Source: Chlorobiales bacterium
Lineage (GTDB): Bacteria > Bacteroidota > Chlorobiia > Chlorobiales > JACMJS01
Reading direction: 5' to 3'
Assembly: GCA_014380515.1 (NCBI GenBank)
Contig: JACMJS010000054.1
Coordinates: 1 to 41,511, forward strand
Length of the DNA stretch: 41,511 nucleotides
Each line of letters starts with the position of its first letter. Within the stretch, counting starts at the first letter, position 1. The translations under genes were made by a program, and so were the position numbers. The notes beneath the pieces were generated by a model. The model was not told where the DNA came from, did no database searches, and was given only the letters and a program-made list of their open reading frames with translations. Below, piece after piece: positions 32,804-41,511 of the stretch.

Positions 32804-33826
32804 ATGGGAATTTTCGACGCTTTGAGAAACGAGTTCATTGAAGTCATCGAATGGAACGACGACTCGCGGGACACCATCGTCTACAAATTTCCCGATAAGG
32901 AATCGGACATTAAGTATGGCGCCCAGCTAACCGTCAGAGAATCGCAAGCGGCGATCTTGCTCAACGAAGGCAGCGTCGCCGATGTGTACATGACGCCCGA
33001 CCGCTACACGCTCACCACGCAAAACATGCCCGTGATGACGAAATTGAAAGGCTGGAAATATGGCTTTCAATCGCCGTTCAAGGCCGATGTGTTTTTCTTC
33101 AGCCTCAAGCAATTCACCGATTTGAAGTGGGGCACGCCGAACCCGATCATCGTCCGCGACCCGGAGTTCAAGCAAGTCCGCGTGCGGGCGCGGGGCGGCT
33201 ACTCGATGCGACTTATCGATCCGATGAAATTTTTGCGAGAGCGTTCCGGCATCGTTTCCAGTATGACGGCTGCGGAACTCGGCGAACAGTTGCGTCGCCC
33301 GATGGTAAGCCGCTTCGCCGATGCCTTGGCCGAGTTGAATGTATCGGTGCTTGATCTCGCGCGGAACTACACGGAGCTTGGTGAAAAACTCCGTCCGGTT
33401 TTGCAGCAGGAGTTCACGCCGTTCGGATTGGAACTGACGAACTTTTATATCGAGGACACCACGCTGCCGGAGGAAGTCGAAAAGTTCCTCGACAAAACGA
33501 CGCAGATGAACATGACCGACATGGGCAAGCTGACGCAGTTCCAAACCGCGATGTCGATTCCCGATGCGATGAAAGGCGGCGGCGCGGCGGGCGACATGGC
33601 GGGCATGGGCGCGGGCATGGCGATGGGACAAATGATGGCGAAGAATATGCAGGACGCCATGCAGCAAGGTTCATCATCACAACCCTCTTCCGGTGGGCAA
33701 CCGAAAACGGAATCGAAGGAAGAAATCATGAAGACGCTGAAGGATTTGGCCGAACTCAAAACCGCCGGCGTGCTCACCGAAGAAGAGTTCAACACCAAGA
33801 AGAAAGAACTCTTGGCCAAACTCTGA
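32804..33826 (+). CDS. SPFH/band-7-related protein of the YdjI ('virion core protein-like') type with a C-terminal SHOCT domain
   Basis: The N-terminus MGIFDALRNEFIEVIEWNDDSRDTIVYKFP and the segment GAQLTVRESQAAILLNEG are typical of YdjI-like proteins. A Gly/Met-rich linker follows. The C-terminus KEEIMKTLKDLAELKTAGVLTEEEFNTKKKELLAKL is SHOCT-like. I prefer the ATG at 32804 over the upstream alternative start at 32735. Confidence 0.85.
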   Translation: MGIFDALRNEFIEVIEWNDDSRDTIVYKFPDKESDIKYGAQLTVRESQAAILLNEGSVADVYMTPDRYTLTTQNMPVMTKLKGWKYGFQSPFKADVFFFSLKQFTDLKWGTPNPIIVRDPEFKQVRVRARGGYSMRLIDPMKFLRERSGIVSSMTAAELGEQLRRPMVSRFADALAELNVSVLDLARNYTELGEKLRPVLQQEFTPFGLELTNFYIEDTTLPEEVEKFLDKTTQMNMTDMGKLTQFQTAMSIPDAMKGGGAAGDMAGMGAGMAMGQMMAKNMQDAMQQGSSSQPSSGGQPKTESKEEIMKTLKDLAELKTAGVLTEEEFNTKKKELLAKL

Positions 33827-34044
33827 AAATCGAGAAAGACCTTTGCACTGGCTCGAACCTTTGTCCTGTTTGGGAATGCGTGCGCCGGAAGAAATTTATT
33901 GAAGGCCGTATCTAAACTTATGCAAGAAGTCCGTTGGATTAAATTTTATGAGACGATTTTAGAGAACCTGTAACGGTTGCGGGAGGTGTAAGCCGCAGCG
34001 GTTGGATTTAAACAGTTGAATAAATAGAAAAGTCAACCGAGAGT

Positions 34045-35016
34045 ATGATTGTAACCTTAGCCAGAAAAATCAGAGATCGAATCCGCCTTAGCTGCGCGCA
34101 AGCGATGCTTGCCGTCTCACCCATCACCGATACGCTGACACGGCGTTGGGAAACTTTCCGCGTGCAGGATACCGAACCGACGCTTGAGTCGCCGGTCTCG
34201 CAATTGGTAACGCGTTCCCAATGTGATTCGCCGATTTACCGCGAGTGGTGCAACATCATGAAAATCGACCCTGAAGGACAGTATCTGCGATACGACCGCA
34301 AGCTCTGGGAATGGGTGTATATCTTACAGGCACTCCGGCTTAAAGGCATGTTTTCCGAGGGAAAGCGCGGCTTAGGATTTGGCGTCGGCAACGAACCCTT
34401 AACGGCGGTGATGGCAAAATATGGCAGCGAGATCGTAGCGACCGACATGCCCCATGAAGCAGCACTCGAAGAAGGTTGGGCAGCATGGGAGCAACATGCC
34501 AAAGAACTCGCCGATCTCAACAGTGCCCGTATCTGCGATGCAGATCAATTCAAACGGCTTGTTGAATATCGCGTTCTAGACATGCGCCGCATTGATCAGG
34601 AGTTGACCGGATTTGATTTCGTCTGGTCGTCGTGTTCGCTCGAGCATCTCGGCTCTTTGGAGGCGGGAGCGGCATTCGTCCTCGAGAGTTTGCGGTGTCT
34701 CAAACCCGGCGGCGTCGCGGTACATACAACTGAGTTTAATCTCTCATCGGACCTTATCACGCTGACGGAGGGTGGCGTATCGCTTTACCGCCGCCGCGAT
34801 ATTCTGGCACTCGCCGAACAGATTGAGAAAAAGGGCTATCGTATCACGCTGAACCTCCATGCAGGAACGCACGAGATGGATAAACATTACGACCTGCCGC
34901 CCTTCCGGCAAGCCGATCATCATTTGAAACTGCTCTTCGAAATGTTTATAACAACTTCGATAGGACTTATCATTGAAGCCCCTCAACTTGCTGATGGCGC
35001 GTCCGAACAACCCTAA
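34045..35016 (+). CDS. class I SAM-dependent methyltransferase (substrate unknown)
   Basis: Motif I is RGLGFGVGNEPLTAVMAKYGSEIVATDM. Also seen are FDFVWSSCSLEHL and LKPGGVAVHTTEF. By eye, codon usage differs from the neighbours (more TTA, ATA and AGA). Confidence 0.8.
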   Translation: MIVTLARKIRDRIRLSCAQAMLAVSPITDTLTRRWETFRVQDTEPTLESPVSQLVTRSQCDSPIYREWCNIMKIDPEGQYLRYDRKLWEWVYILQALRLKGMFSEGKRGLGFGVGNEPLTAVMAKYGSEIVATDMPHEAALEEGWAAWEQHAKELADLNSARICDADQFKRLVEYRVLDMRRIDQELTGFDFVWSSCSLEHLGSLEAGAAFVLESLRCLKPGGVAVHTTEFNLSSDLITLTEGGVSLYRRRDILALAEQIEKKGYRITLNLHAGTHEMDKHYDLPPFRQADHHLKLLFEMFITTSIGLIIEAPQLADGASEQP

Positions 35017-35050
35017 AATACCCAAGTCGCCACAAACGGACGGAGATTGA

Positions 35051-35134
35051 ATCAAGGACGCGACGCTGCCGGAGGAAGTCGAAAAGTTCCTCGACAAAAC
35101 GACGCAGCTAAGCATAGCCGACACGGGCAAATTA
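35051..35134 (+). pseudogene. relic fragment of an SPFH (YdjI-like) paralog
   Basis: 35063-35107 is identical over 45 nt to 33461-33505 inside the intact SPFH gene. The flanks are diverged but alignable. The fragment translates to IKDATLPEEVEKFLDKTTQLSIADTGKL, against IEDTTLPEEVEKFLDKTTQMNMTDMGKL in the intact gene. An in-frame TGA lies immediately upstream (35048-35050). Confidence 0.6.
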
Positions 35135-35187
35135 TTTTGCTTTCAACATTTCATTATTCTTTCAACTATCAAATCATCTCTCGCATT

Positions 35188-35982
35188 ATGCCAAAACAAT
35201 TTTTGCTCTTGCTTTTCTACGTCTCATGCCTTGGTCTCACCGCCTGTGCTACGGTTATCAACGGTACATCTCAGCAAATCGGCATTTCAAGTGCGCCTTC
35301 CGGCGCGGTGATCACTATCGACAGCATGAAGGTAGGAAACACGCCTTTCGTCGCCAGCCTCGGCAGGAAAAGTGAACACTTCATCAAGATCGAACTTGCC
35401 GGTTATCAGCCTTTTGAAATCGCCTTGACCAAAAGTGCAAATGGCGCGGTATGGGGAAATATCTTGGTTGGCGGCTTGATCGGTCTGACGGTCGATCTTA
35501 TCACCGGCGGCATGTATGATCTCAACCCGCGCGACATTCGGGCAGACCTTCGGCCATTGGGTGATAGCAACATGGTGGCTGCTGCATCCGAAGCGGCCGT
35601 CCTGATTAACTCGAAACTTTTTAATGCCGCATCGGATAAAGTTTGGCCTGCAATTTTGACGACGGTAAAAGAGTTCGGCTTGGCCGTTCAGGAAAAGGAT
35701 GAAGCGGGAGGCACCTTGATGACAGCGGAATACAAATCACAAGGCTCCGACCTTTCGAAGATCGCCAACACCGATGCCAAATCTGCGATTGAGTGCAAAG
35801 AAACCAAAGTGATCTTGCAGTTCGCCGTTCAGCCGTCGGAACAAGCAACAACCGTGCAAGTCTTAGCGACTATCGAGGGCTACTTTCAATCGGGCATCGA
35901 ACCGGGCGAGTGGCAGCAATACTCATCCAACAAAACTGTTGAGGGTAAATATCTGTCGCGCATCGAGGCTTTGTTGAAGTAA
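35188..35982 (+). CDS. PEGA domain lipoprotein
   Basis: The lipobox is SCLGLTAC. The PEGA-like segment is GAVITIDSMKVGNTPFVASL...IKIELAGYQPFEI. A Gly-rich membrane-proximal segment follows, then a second ~120-aa domain. I chose the ATG at 35188 rather than the TTG at 35047. Confidence 0.8.
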   Translation: MPKQFLLLLFYVSCLGLTACATVINGTSQQIGISSAPSGAVITIDSMKVGNTPFVASLGRKSEHFIKIELAGYQPFEIALTKSANGAVWGNILVGGLIGLTVDLITGGMYDLNPRDIRADLRPLGDSNMVAAASEAAVLINSKLFNAASDKVWPAILTTVKEFGLAVQEKDEAGGTLMTAEYKSQGSDLSKIANTDAKSAIECKETKVILQFAVQPSEQATTVQVLATIEGYFQSGIEPGEWQQYSSNKTVEGKYLSRIEALLK

Positions 35983-36006
35983 CCACCGAAAAAAATTGAA
36001 TGACGA

Positions 36007-36039
36007 AAGGCTCAATGCACATTGAGCCTTTTGTTTTTT
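36007..36039 (+). terminator. intrinsic terminator after the PEGA lipoprotein gene
   Basis: AAGGCTCAAT-GCAC-ATTGAGCCTT is followed by TTGTTTTTT. Confidence 0.75.
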
Positions 36040-36176
36040 GCGTCGTTGTAATACGAAACTGTTAAATCAGTGATAAGTCTGTGTTAAGTCCGCAGGTTGA
36101 GGCGAGCGATATGGTAGATTGGTTTTCGTAGTGATCTTTTCACCATGAAAAACTTTCAAAACCACTTCTTATCACC

Positions 36177-37673
36177 ATGCGAAAACTATTCTTAGGCGGC
36201 CTAGCGATTCTTTCCCTCGTTGCGGCGGCAGGCTTCGCTAGCTTCACCGGCAAGACCGCGACCGGCGACACGCCCGCTTCGCCTGTTCAAACATCCTTCT
36301 CCGTCGGCTCGCTGCGGTTCATCGGCGAACAGCGCATTGCGTTCGGCACAAAGTACAACAGCACCGCGGTCGGCGGCCTCTCCAGCATCGACTACAATGG
36401 CAACCAGTTTTATATCATGTGCGACGATCCCGCCGATTCTAACGCCGTGCGTTTCTATACCGCGACCATCGGCGTAACCGCCACGGTGCTTTCCGCACCG
36501 GTCTTCACCAGCGTTGTAACGATCAAGCGTCCCGACGGTTTGGATTTTCCCAAGCGAAGCGTTTCGCGCACCGAAGCCGCCGATCCCGAAGGCATCTGCA
36601 TCGATCAGGTGAACGGGACGCTGTACTGGACGAGCGAAGGCTACCGCACGACGAACACGGCCGCCCCGACCGGCTTGCTTGCTCAACCGTTCATCCGTGA
36701 AATGACGCTCACCGGCGTGTATGTCCGCGATCTCGCCGTGCCCACGATTTTCAATAACGACACCACGCAAACCACCAGCGGCGGACGCGGCAATGGTTCG
36801 TTCGAAACCGTCCGCATCTCCGCAAGCGGCGAGATTTGGACGGCGAATGAAGTGCCCCTTTACGGCGACGGCGGCACCTCAACCAACACCAGCCGCGGCG
36901 TCGTGCGAGTGGTCAAGTACAACAATGTAACCGGCCAGCCATCGGCGCAGTATGCCTATCAGTTGGACAGCCTTGTGCCCGTCCCGAATCCCGCCGGAAG
37001 TTTCAGCGTGCACGGCGCAGTCGATATTCAGCCGCTCACCGATACGACCATGCTCGTGATGGAACGCGGGTTCGCCGTCGGTGCCAGCCCCGATTACAAC
37101 TTGCGCATCTACGAAGCCAGCATCTCCGGTGCGGACGATGTGAATGCGGTAGCGGGCATCAACAGCGCGACGGTCAAGTTCATGTCGAAGCGGCTTGTCT
37201 TGGACTTCGAAACCATTCGCTCGCAACTCATCAACGCACGCTTGGATAACATTGAAGGAATGTGCTTCGGCCCGACGCTGGCGAACGGCAACCGCACGCT
37301 CATCGTCGTTTCGGATGATAACTTCGGAGCCAGTCAGGTTACACAGTTCCTTGCATTTGAAGTTACCGAAGCCACAAGTGCCGCACCGGCGAATGAATCC
37401 GTTTCACCGCGCGGCTTCGCGCTGGCGCAAAATTATCCGAACCCGTTCAATCCCGCGACCGTCATCAGTTATCAAGTGCCCGTCGCTGGCGAAGTCAAGT
37501 TGAAAATCTTCGATGTGTTGGGACGCGAAGTCGCAACGCTGGTCAATACGAAGCAAGCCGCCGGAACCTATTCGGTTAGCTTCAACGCCGCAGGTTTGAC
37601 GAGCGGGACGTATCTCTACAAGTTGGAAGCGGGCAATTACAGCGAAACGAAAAAAATGTTGCTTGTCAAGTAA
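36177..37673 (+). CDS. phytase-like ('esterase-like activity of phytase') family protein with a T9SS C-terminal sorting domain
   Basis: After a signal peptide, the motifs are GGLSSIDY, DPEGICID, LYWTSEG, LDNIEGMCFGP and LIVVSDDNF. The C-terminus is NYPNPFNPATVISYQV...KLKIFDVLGREVATLVNTKQAAGTYSVSFNAAGLTSGTYLYKLEA...KKMLLVK. Confidence 0.8.
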   Translation: MRKLFLGGLAILSLVAAAGFASFTGKTATGDTPASPVQTSFSVGSLRFIGEQRIAFGTKYNSTAVGGLSSIDYNGNQFYIMCDDPADSNAVRFYTATIGVTATVLSAPVFTSVVTIKRPDGLDFPKRSVSRTEAADPEGICIDQVNGTLYWTSEGYRTTNTAAPTGLLAQPFIREMTLTGVYVRDLAVPTIFNNDTTQTTSGGRGNGSFETVRISASGEIWTANEVPLYGDGGTSTNTSRGVVRVVKYNNVTGQPSAQYAYQLDSLVPVPNPAGSFSVHGAVDIQPLTDTTMLVMERGFAVGASPDYNLRIYEASISGADDVNAVAGINSATVKFMSKRLVLDFETIRSQLINARLDNIEGMCFGPTLANGNRTLIVVSDDNFGASQVTQFLAFEVTEATSAAPANESVSPRGFALAQNYPNPFNPATVISYQVPVAGEVKLKIFDVLGREVATLVNTKQAAGTYSVSFNAAGLTSGTYLYKLEAGNYSETKKMLLVK

Positions 37674-37692
37674 TCACAACAATTCTTGCGGT

Positions 37693-37771
37693 GTCATTGC
37701 GAGGAGCGGAAGCGACGCGGCAATCTGTCGGGTGTCGTCATTTCAGATTGCTTCGCGTTGCTCGCAATGAC
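37693..37771. repeat. palindromic element, second copy of the GTCATTGCGAG...CTCGCAATGAC family
   Basis: The arms are GTCATTGCGAG (37693-37703) / CTCGCAATGAC (37761-37771) and GCAATCTG / CAGATTGC. The right arm's reverse complement GTCATTGCGAGCAACGCGAAGCAATCT closely matches 9171-9198. Confidence 0.75.
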
Positions 37772-37825
37772 TTCGTAAGAAATTCATTGATCATCTGCTT
37801 TCCAAAGTTCATCAATCCATCCTAC

Positions 37826-37871
37826 AAAGGTTCAGTTTGCATCAGCCGCAGATTGAACCTTTTGTTTTTTT
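37826..37871 (+). terminator. probable intrinsic terminator downstream of the phytase-like gene
   Basis: AAAGGTTCA (37826-37834) pairs with TGAACCTTT (37854-37862) and is followed by TGTTTTTTT. The loop is long at 19 nt. Confidence 0.55.
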
Positions 37872-37919
37872 CCGCCTATCTTTATCCCACTCATTTCAAA
37901 ACCAAAAGCCGCTCGCGTT

Positions 37920-39488
37920 ATGCCTCTCGACACGCCGAATAAATCTTCCGATAAATTTCAACATCTCGCATCACTCCGCATGGCTGCCGAAGAACTCGGC
38001 GGCGAAGCTCGGGTCGCGGCGCAACACAAGCGAGGCAAACTTACCGCCCGCGAACGCTTGAACCTGTTGCTCGATGACGGGTCGTTTCAGGAGATCGGGA
38101 TGTTCGTTCAACATCAATCCGTCAACTTCGGTCTGGCGGAACAAAAGTTTTTGAGCGACGGCGTGGTTACCGGCTTCGGCACCATCAGCGGCAGAACGGT
38201 TTATGTGTTCAGTCAGGACTTCACCGTTTTCGGCGGCTCGCTTTCGGGCGCGAATGCGGAAAAAATTTGTAAGGTGATAGACCTCGCCATGAAGAACGGT
38301 TGCCCCGTCATCGGTCTCAATGATTCGGGTGGCGCACGCATTCAGGAAGGCGTGGTCTCGCTCGGCGGCTACGCGGATATTTTTTTGCGCAACACGCTGG
38401 CTTCCGGCGTCGTGCCGCAACTCTCGCTGATTCTCGGCCCGTGCGCGGGCGGCGCGGTTTATTCTCCCGCGATCACCGATTTTATTTTTATGACCAAAGG
38501 TACAAGCTACATGTTCGTTACAGGTCCGAACGTGGTCAAGACGGTTACACACGAGGAAGTTTCGCAAGAGGAATTGGGCGGCGCGGAAACACACGCGAGC
38601 AAATCGGGCGTCGCGCATTTTGCGTGCGAAAGCGAACTGGATGCGATTGAACACCTAAAGAAACTCTTCGCCTACATTCCGCAAAACTGCGAAGACAAAC
38701 CGTTTGATATTTCCGAAGTTGCCTCGCTTTCAAACGCTGCGGCGGCACTCGATGCGATTATTCCCGCCAGCCCGAACAAGCCCTACAGCATGAAAGACGT
38801 GATTTATAATCTCGTCGATGGCGGTGAGTTCTTGGAAGTGCACGCCGAGTTCGCGGGCAACATCGTCGTCGGCTTCGCGCGGCTCGGCGGACAATCCATC
38901 GGCGTCGTAGCGAACGAACCCGCGGTGCTGGCGGGCGTGCTCAACATTACCGCCTCGCGCAAGGCCGCTCGCTTCGTGCGGTTCTGCGATTGCTTCAACA
39001 TCCCGCTGCTCGTGCTCGAAGACGTCCCGGGCTTTCTGCCGGGCACGGATCAAGAATGGAACGGGATCATTATTCACGGCGCGAAATTGCTCTACGCCTT
39101 TGCCGAAGCCACCGTTCCGAAAATTACCGTCATCACGCGCAAGGCCTACGGCGGTGCTTACGACGTGATGAACTCGAAACACATTCGCGGCGACTTCAAC
39201 TTCGCATGGCCGACCGCCGAGATCGCGGTGATGGGCAGCAAAGGCGCGGCGGAAGTGATCTTCAAAAAGGAAATCGACGCAGCGAAAAATCCTGACGAAG
39301 CCCTTGCGCAAAAGACGGCGGAGTTTGAAGCGATGTTCGCCAACCCGTATCTGGCGGCGGAACGCGGATACATCGACGAAGTGATTTTCCCGCGCGAAAC
39401 CCGCGAGCGGCTCATTCGCGCGTTTCGAACGTTGAAACATAAAGTCGACACCAACCCGCGCAAGAAGCACGGCAACATTCCGCTTTGA
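37920..39488 (+). CDS. acyl-CoA carboxylase carboxyltransferase subunit (propionyl-CoA carboxylase beta / methylmalonyl-CoA carboxyltransferase 12S family)
   Basis: Motifs seen: [67 protein letters not shown] and [11 protein letters not shown]. Confidence 0.93.
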   Translation: MPLDTPNKSSDKFQHLASLRMAAEELGGEARVAAQHKRGKLTARERLNLLLDDGSFQEIGMFVQHQSVNFGLAEQKFLSDGVVTGFGTISGRTVYVFSQDFTVFGGSLSGANAEKICKVIDLAMKNGCPVIGLNDSGGARIQEGVVSLGGYADIFLRNTLASGVVPQLSLILGPCAGGAVYSPAITDFIFMTKGTSYMFVTGPNVVKTVTHEEVSQEELGGAETHASKSGVAHFACESELDAIEHLKKLFAYIPQNCEDKPFDISEVASLSNAAAALDAIIPASPNKPYSMKDVIYNLVDGGEFLEVHAEFAGNIVVGFARLGGQSIGVVANEPAVLAGVLNITASRKAARFVRFCDCFNIPLLVLEDVPGFLPGTDQEWNGIIIHGAKLLYAFAEATVPKITVITRKAYGGAYDVMNSKHIRGDFNFAWPTAEIAVMGSKGAAEVIFKKEIDAAKNPDEALAQKTAEFEAMFANPYLAAERGYIDEVIFPRETRERLIRAFRTLKHKVDTNPRKKHGNIPL

Positions 39489-39553
39489 CACAGCCGCTTC
39501 GGTGAACGGGCGAAACGCAATCAATTTTTTCGAACAAACTAAAAACCACTTTT

Positions 39554-40312
39554 ATGGCATGGCTTACCGATCCGCAATCATGGATTGCGTTCATTACGTT
39601 GCTCGCATTGGAAATCGTGTTGGGCATCGATAACATCGTTTTCATATCGATCCTTTCGGGCAAACTGCCGCAGGCCGAGCAACAGCGGGCGCGACTCACC
39701 GGCCTGTTCCTTGCGATGTTCGTCCGCGTCGCCCTCCTCTTCTCGCTCTCGTGGCTCATCCATCTGACGGCAACACTCTTCACGCTCTTCGGCAATCCGA
39801 TTTCAGGCCGCGATTTGATTCTGATTTCAGGCGGCATCTTTCTCGTCGCCAAAGCGACCTATGAAATTCACGAGCGGCTCGAAGGTGAAAGCGGTGAAGT
39901 TTCATCAAAGGTCAAACCGCAGTTCACTAGCATCATCATTCAAATTTTGTTGCTCGATATCGTCTTCTCGCTCGATTCCGTCATCACGGCGGTCGGCATG
40001 GTCGAGCAAATTGAAATTATGGTTGCGGCGGTGGTGGTCGCCGTCGGGTTTATGATGTTCTTCGCCGCGCCGATCAGTGCGTTCGTCGAACAGCACCCGA
40101 CCTTCAAAGTGCTCGCCCTCAGTTTTCTGTTGCTTATCGGCGTTACGCTTGTCGCCGAGGGTTGGGACGCACATATTCCGAAAGGCTACATCTATGCGGC
40201 GATGGCGTTCTCGGTGTTCGTCGAAGTTCTCAATCTCAACTTGAAAAAACCTAGCAGCGTCGTCAAGTTGCACGAGCCTTACGTGAGCGAGGAAAAGCAA
40301 GTGCAGAAGTAA
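39554..40312 (+). CDS. TerC family integral membrane protein
   Basis: There are about 7 TM helices and paired TerC motifs LALEIVLGIDNIVFISI and LLLDIVFSLDSVITAVG. Confidence 0.9.
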   Translation: MAWLTDPQSWIAFITLLALEIVLGIDNIVFISILSGKLPQAEQQRARLTGLFLAMFVRVALLFSLSWLIHLTATLFTLFGNPISGRDLILISGGIFLVAKATYEIHERLEGESGEVSSKVKPQFTSIIIQILLLDIVFSLDSVITAVGMVEQIEIMVAAVVVAVGFMMFFAAPISAFVEQHPTFKVLALSFLLLIGVTLVAEGWDAHIPKGYIYAAMAFSVFVEVLNLNLKKPSSVVKLHEPYVSEEKQVQK

Positions 40313-40359
40313 CAAAGGCGAGTGTGTACCGGCGGCGGCACGGGGATTATCAAATGCAG

Positions 40360-41511
40360 TTAGCTTATGACGGCGGGAAGTTCGACGGTGAAGGTTGTGC
40401 CTTGGTCTTTCCCTTTGGATTCCACCCAAATTTTTCCGCCGTGCAGGTCGATCAATTGCTTGGCGATAAACAAACCCAAACCCGTCGAGTTCTCGCCGCC
40501 CGTGGGCCGCGCCGAAAGTTTGCGAAACTTGCCGAAGATTTTTTTCAAGTCTTCCGCATCCATTCCAAGCCCTTCGTCGCGCACGCTGACGCAAACTTTC
40601 TCATCTCTTTTTTCAACCTTGACCCAAATCGTTTTGCCGCGCGGCGAAAACTTAATGGCATTGCCGATGAGGTTATCGATCACTTCGTGTAGCCGCTCGG
40701 CATCGGCATTGACGACACAAATTTGTTGCGGCGGAAAATCAATCCGCTGATCTTTCTTTGCCGCATGAATCATATTTGATTCGGCGATATAGGCGATGAG
40801 ATCGGTTACATCAATGATCTCGCGCTGCAAGACGATCACGCCGGAATCAATCGCCGAACTCTGAAGCAAATCGACGACGGTTTTGAACATCCGCACGGCG
40901 GTTTGCTCAATCGTCTTGGCGTAACCGGCGACTTTCGCGTCGCCGGCGGTGCGGGCTGAAATCAGTTCGGCAAAACCCAAGATGGATTGTAATGGATTTT
41001 TCAAATCGTGCGCGGCGATGCCGAGTAAATCCGTTTTGAGTTGATCGGCTTCGGTCAGTCGCCGGTTACTTTCTTCGAGTTGTTGGTTCACACCCGCTAG
41101 TTCCATGTTGCGAAGATGTTCGGCTTCGGCTTTGGCCTGTTGCAAGTCGGCTTCCTTTTTGGCTTTCTCGGTCTCAAAGCGGGCCTGCAGGATTTTTGCT
41201 TTTTGCTGAATCTCCTGCGCAAAGATTTTGCGTTGCAGCTCGTGAAATTTTTCGTACTGCTCCAACGCCCGCTCGTAATCGCCGGCAAGTCGGTAGGCAT
41301 CTGCATAAGTTTTGTACGCGCGACACGCAACTTCTTGCGAATGATTGCCTTCGGCGGCGGCGAGCGCATGGTTCAGGTAGCCGGTTGCGAGTTGTGCCGA
41401 TGTTCTCTTTTCTTCAGCCGTGCGGTGCTCACTCTGTTTGATTTCAAGTTCTGCAAGCATCAGCCAATCTTCCGCCTCTATTCCTTTTGCTCTGATTCGC
41501 TGCGCGAGCGA
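40360..41511 (-). CDS. soluble sensor histidine kinase with an N-terminal TPR/coiled-coil region, 5'-partial (frame open to window edge)
   Basis: Motifs seen: H-box LGIAAHDLKNPLQSI, N-box IDNLIGNAIKFS, G1 VRDEGLGM and G2 GGENSTGLGLFIAKQL. The frame stays open upstream of the Met at 41460 to nt 41511. No TM helix is visible. Confidence 0.85.
   Translation of the reverse strand, partial: SLAQRIRAKGIEAEDWLMLAELEIKQSEHRTAEEKRTSAQLATGYLNHALAAAEGNHSQEVACRAYKTYADAYRLAGDYERALEQYEKFHELQRKIFAQEIQQKAKILQARFETEKAKKEADLQQAKAEAEHLRNMELAGVNQQLEESNRRLTEADQLKTDLLGIAAHDLKNPLQSILGFAELISARTAGDAKVAGYAKTIEQTAVRMFKTVVDLLQSSAIDSGVIVLQREIIDVTDLIAYIAESNMIHAAKKDQRIDFPPQQICVVNADAERLHEVIDNLIGNAIKFSPRGKTIWVKVEKRDEKVCVSVRDEGLGMDAEDLKKIFGKFRKLSARPTGGENSTGLGLFIAKQLIDLHGGKIWVESKGKDQGTTFTVELPAVIS

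Noticed and set aside
35047-35187. The TTG-initiated N-terminal extension of the PEGA lipoprotein ORF (311-aa version)
   Set aside because: The extension is an out-of-frame reading of the SPFH gene relic (NQGRDAAGGSRKVPRQNDAAKH…). The lipoprotein signal peptide with lipobox starts at the ATG at 35188.
37691-37942. An 83-aa ORF (MSLRGAEATRQSVGCRHF…)
   Set aside because: It is a translation of the second GTCATTGCGAG palindromic element and the following terminator and promoter region. It runs into the carboxyltransferase start.
39489-39553. A possible yybP-ykoY (Mn2+) riboswitch upstream of terC
   Set aside because: The gap is only 65 nt, which is too short for the ~100+ nt four-helix motif. 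It is AT-rich and has no conserved paired core that I could find.
1-41511. Whole-window screen for CRISPR arrays, rRNA, transposases/IS ends, integrases, toxin-antitoxin pairs and known defence genes
   Set aside because: I found no regularly spaced direct repeats, no DDE/serine/tyrosine recombinase motifs and no recognisable defence-system domains. The only repeats are the two palindromic families and the 45-nt SPFH duplication reported above.

Overview
This 41.5-kb window looks like ordinary chromosome. I saw no rRNA, CRISPR array, transposase, integrase or recognisable phage or defence gene. It is moderately GC-rich. I place it in the Bacteroidota/Chlorobi/Ignavibacteria (FCB) group because it carries a PorU/PorV-like type IX secretion (T9SS) gene pair and three proteins ending in NYPNPF-type T9SS C-terminal sorting domains.

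Content from left to right:
- a 5'-partial YbjN-like protein and a signal-less trypsin-like protease;
- a methionine/SAM-cycle group: metX, tRNA-Val(CAC), and a metK-ahcY operon behind a structured leader plus intrinsic terminator, which I read as a SAM-riboswitch candidate of unresolved class;
- a CHASE2 adenylate cyclase;
- a five-gene envelope operon: a 1939-aa C25 peptidase (PorU-like), a PorV-like barrel, an FN3-like lipoprotein, an SLBB/Wza-like protein, and a beta-barrel with a coiled-coil and Pro-rich tail;
- secA;
- a stand-alone B12-binding domain;
- a translationally overlapped operon: DUF427, betaine-type ABC ATPase, fused binding-domain/permease, UbiA-family transferase;
- a T9SS cargo protein, the ergothioneine genes egtB-egtD and a second DUF427;
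- a DUF5996-like protein;
- an SPFH-SHOCT protein and a methyltransferase that is followed by a duplicated fragment of the SPFH gene;
- a PEGA lipoprotein, a phytase-like T9SS cargo protein, an acyl-CoA carboxyltransferase, TerC, and a soluble TPR histidine kinase (3' window edge, partial).

Two families of palindromic intergenic repeats recur: GTCATT...AATGAC elements and CCCTTTnnCAAAGGG hairpin elements.

The best candidates for something undescribed are:
1. the ergothioneine neighbourhood, where two DUF427 paralogs bracket egtBD and an OpuC/EgtU-like transporter is locked to DUF427 and a UbiA enzyme;
2. the metK-ahcY leader RNA;
3. the cytoplasmic protease / zinc-ribbon / YbjN-like pair;
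4. the extended porU-porV operon.

All functional calls come from motif recognition by eye. No searches were run, and start codons and RNA folds are provisional.
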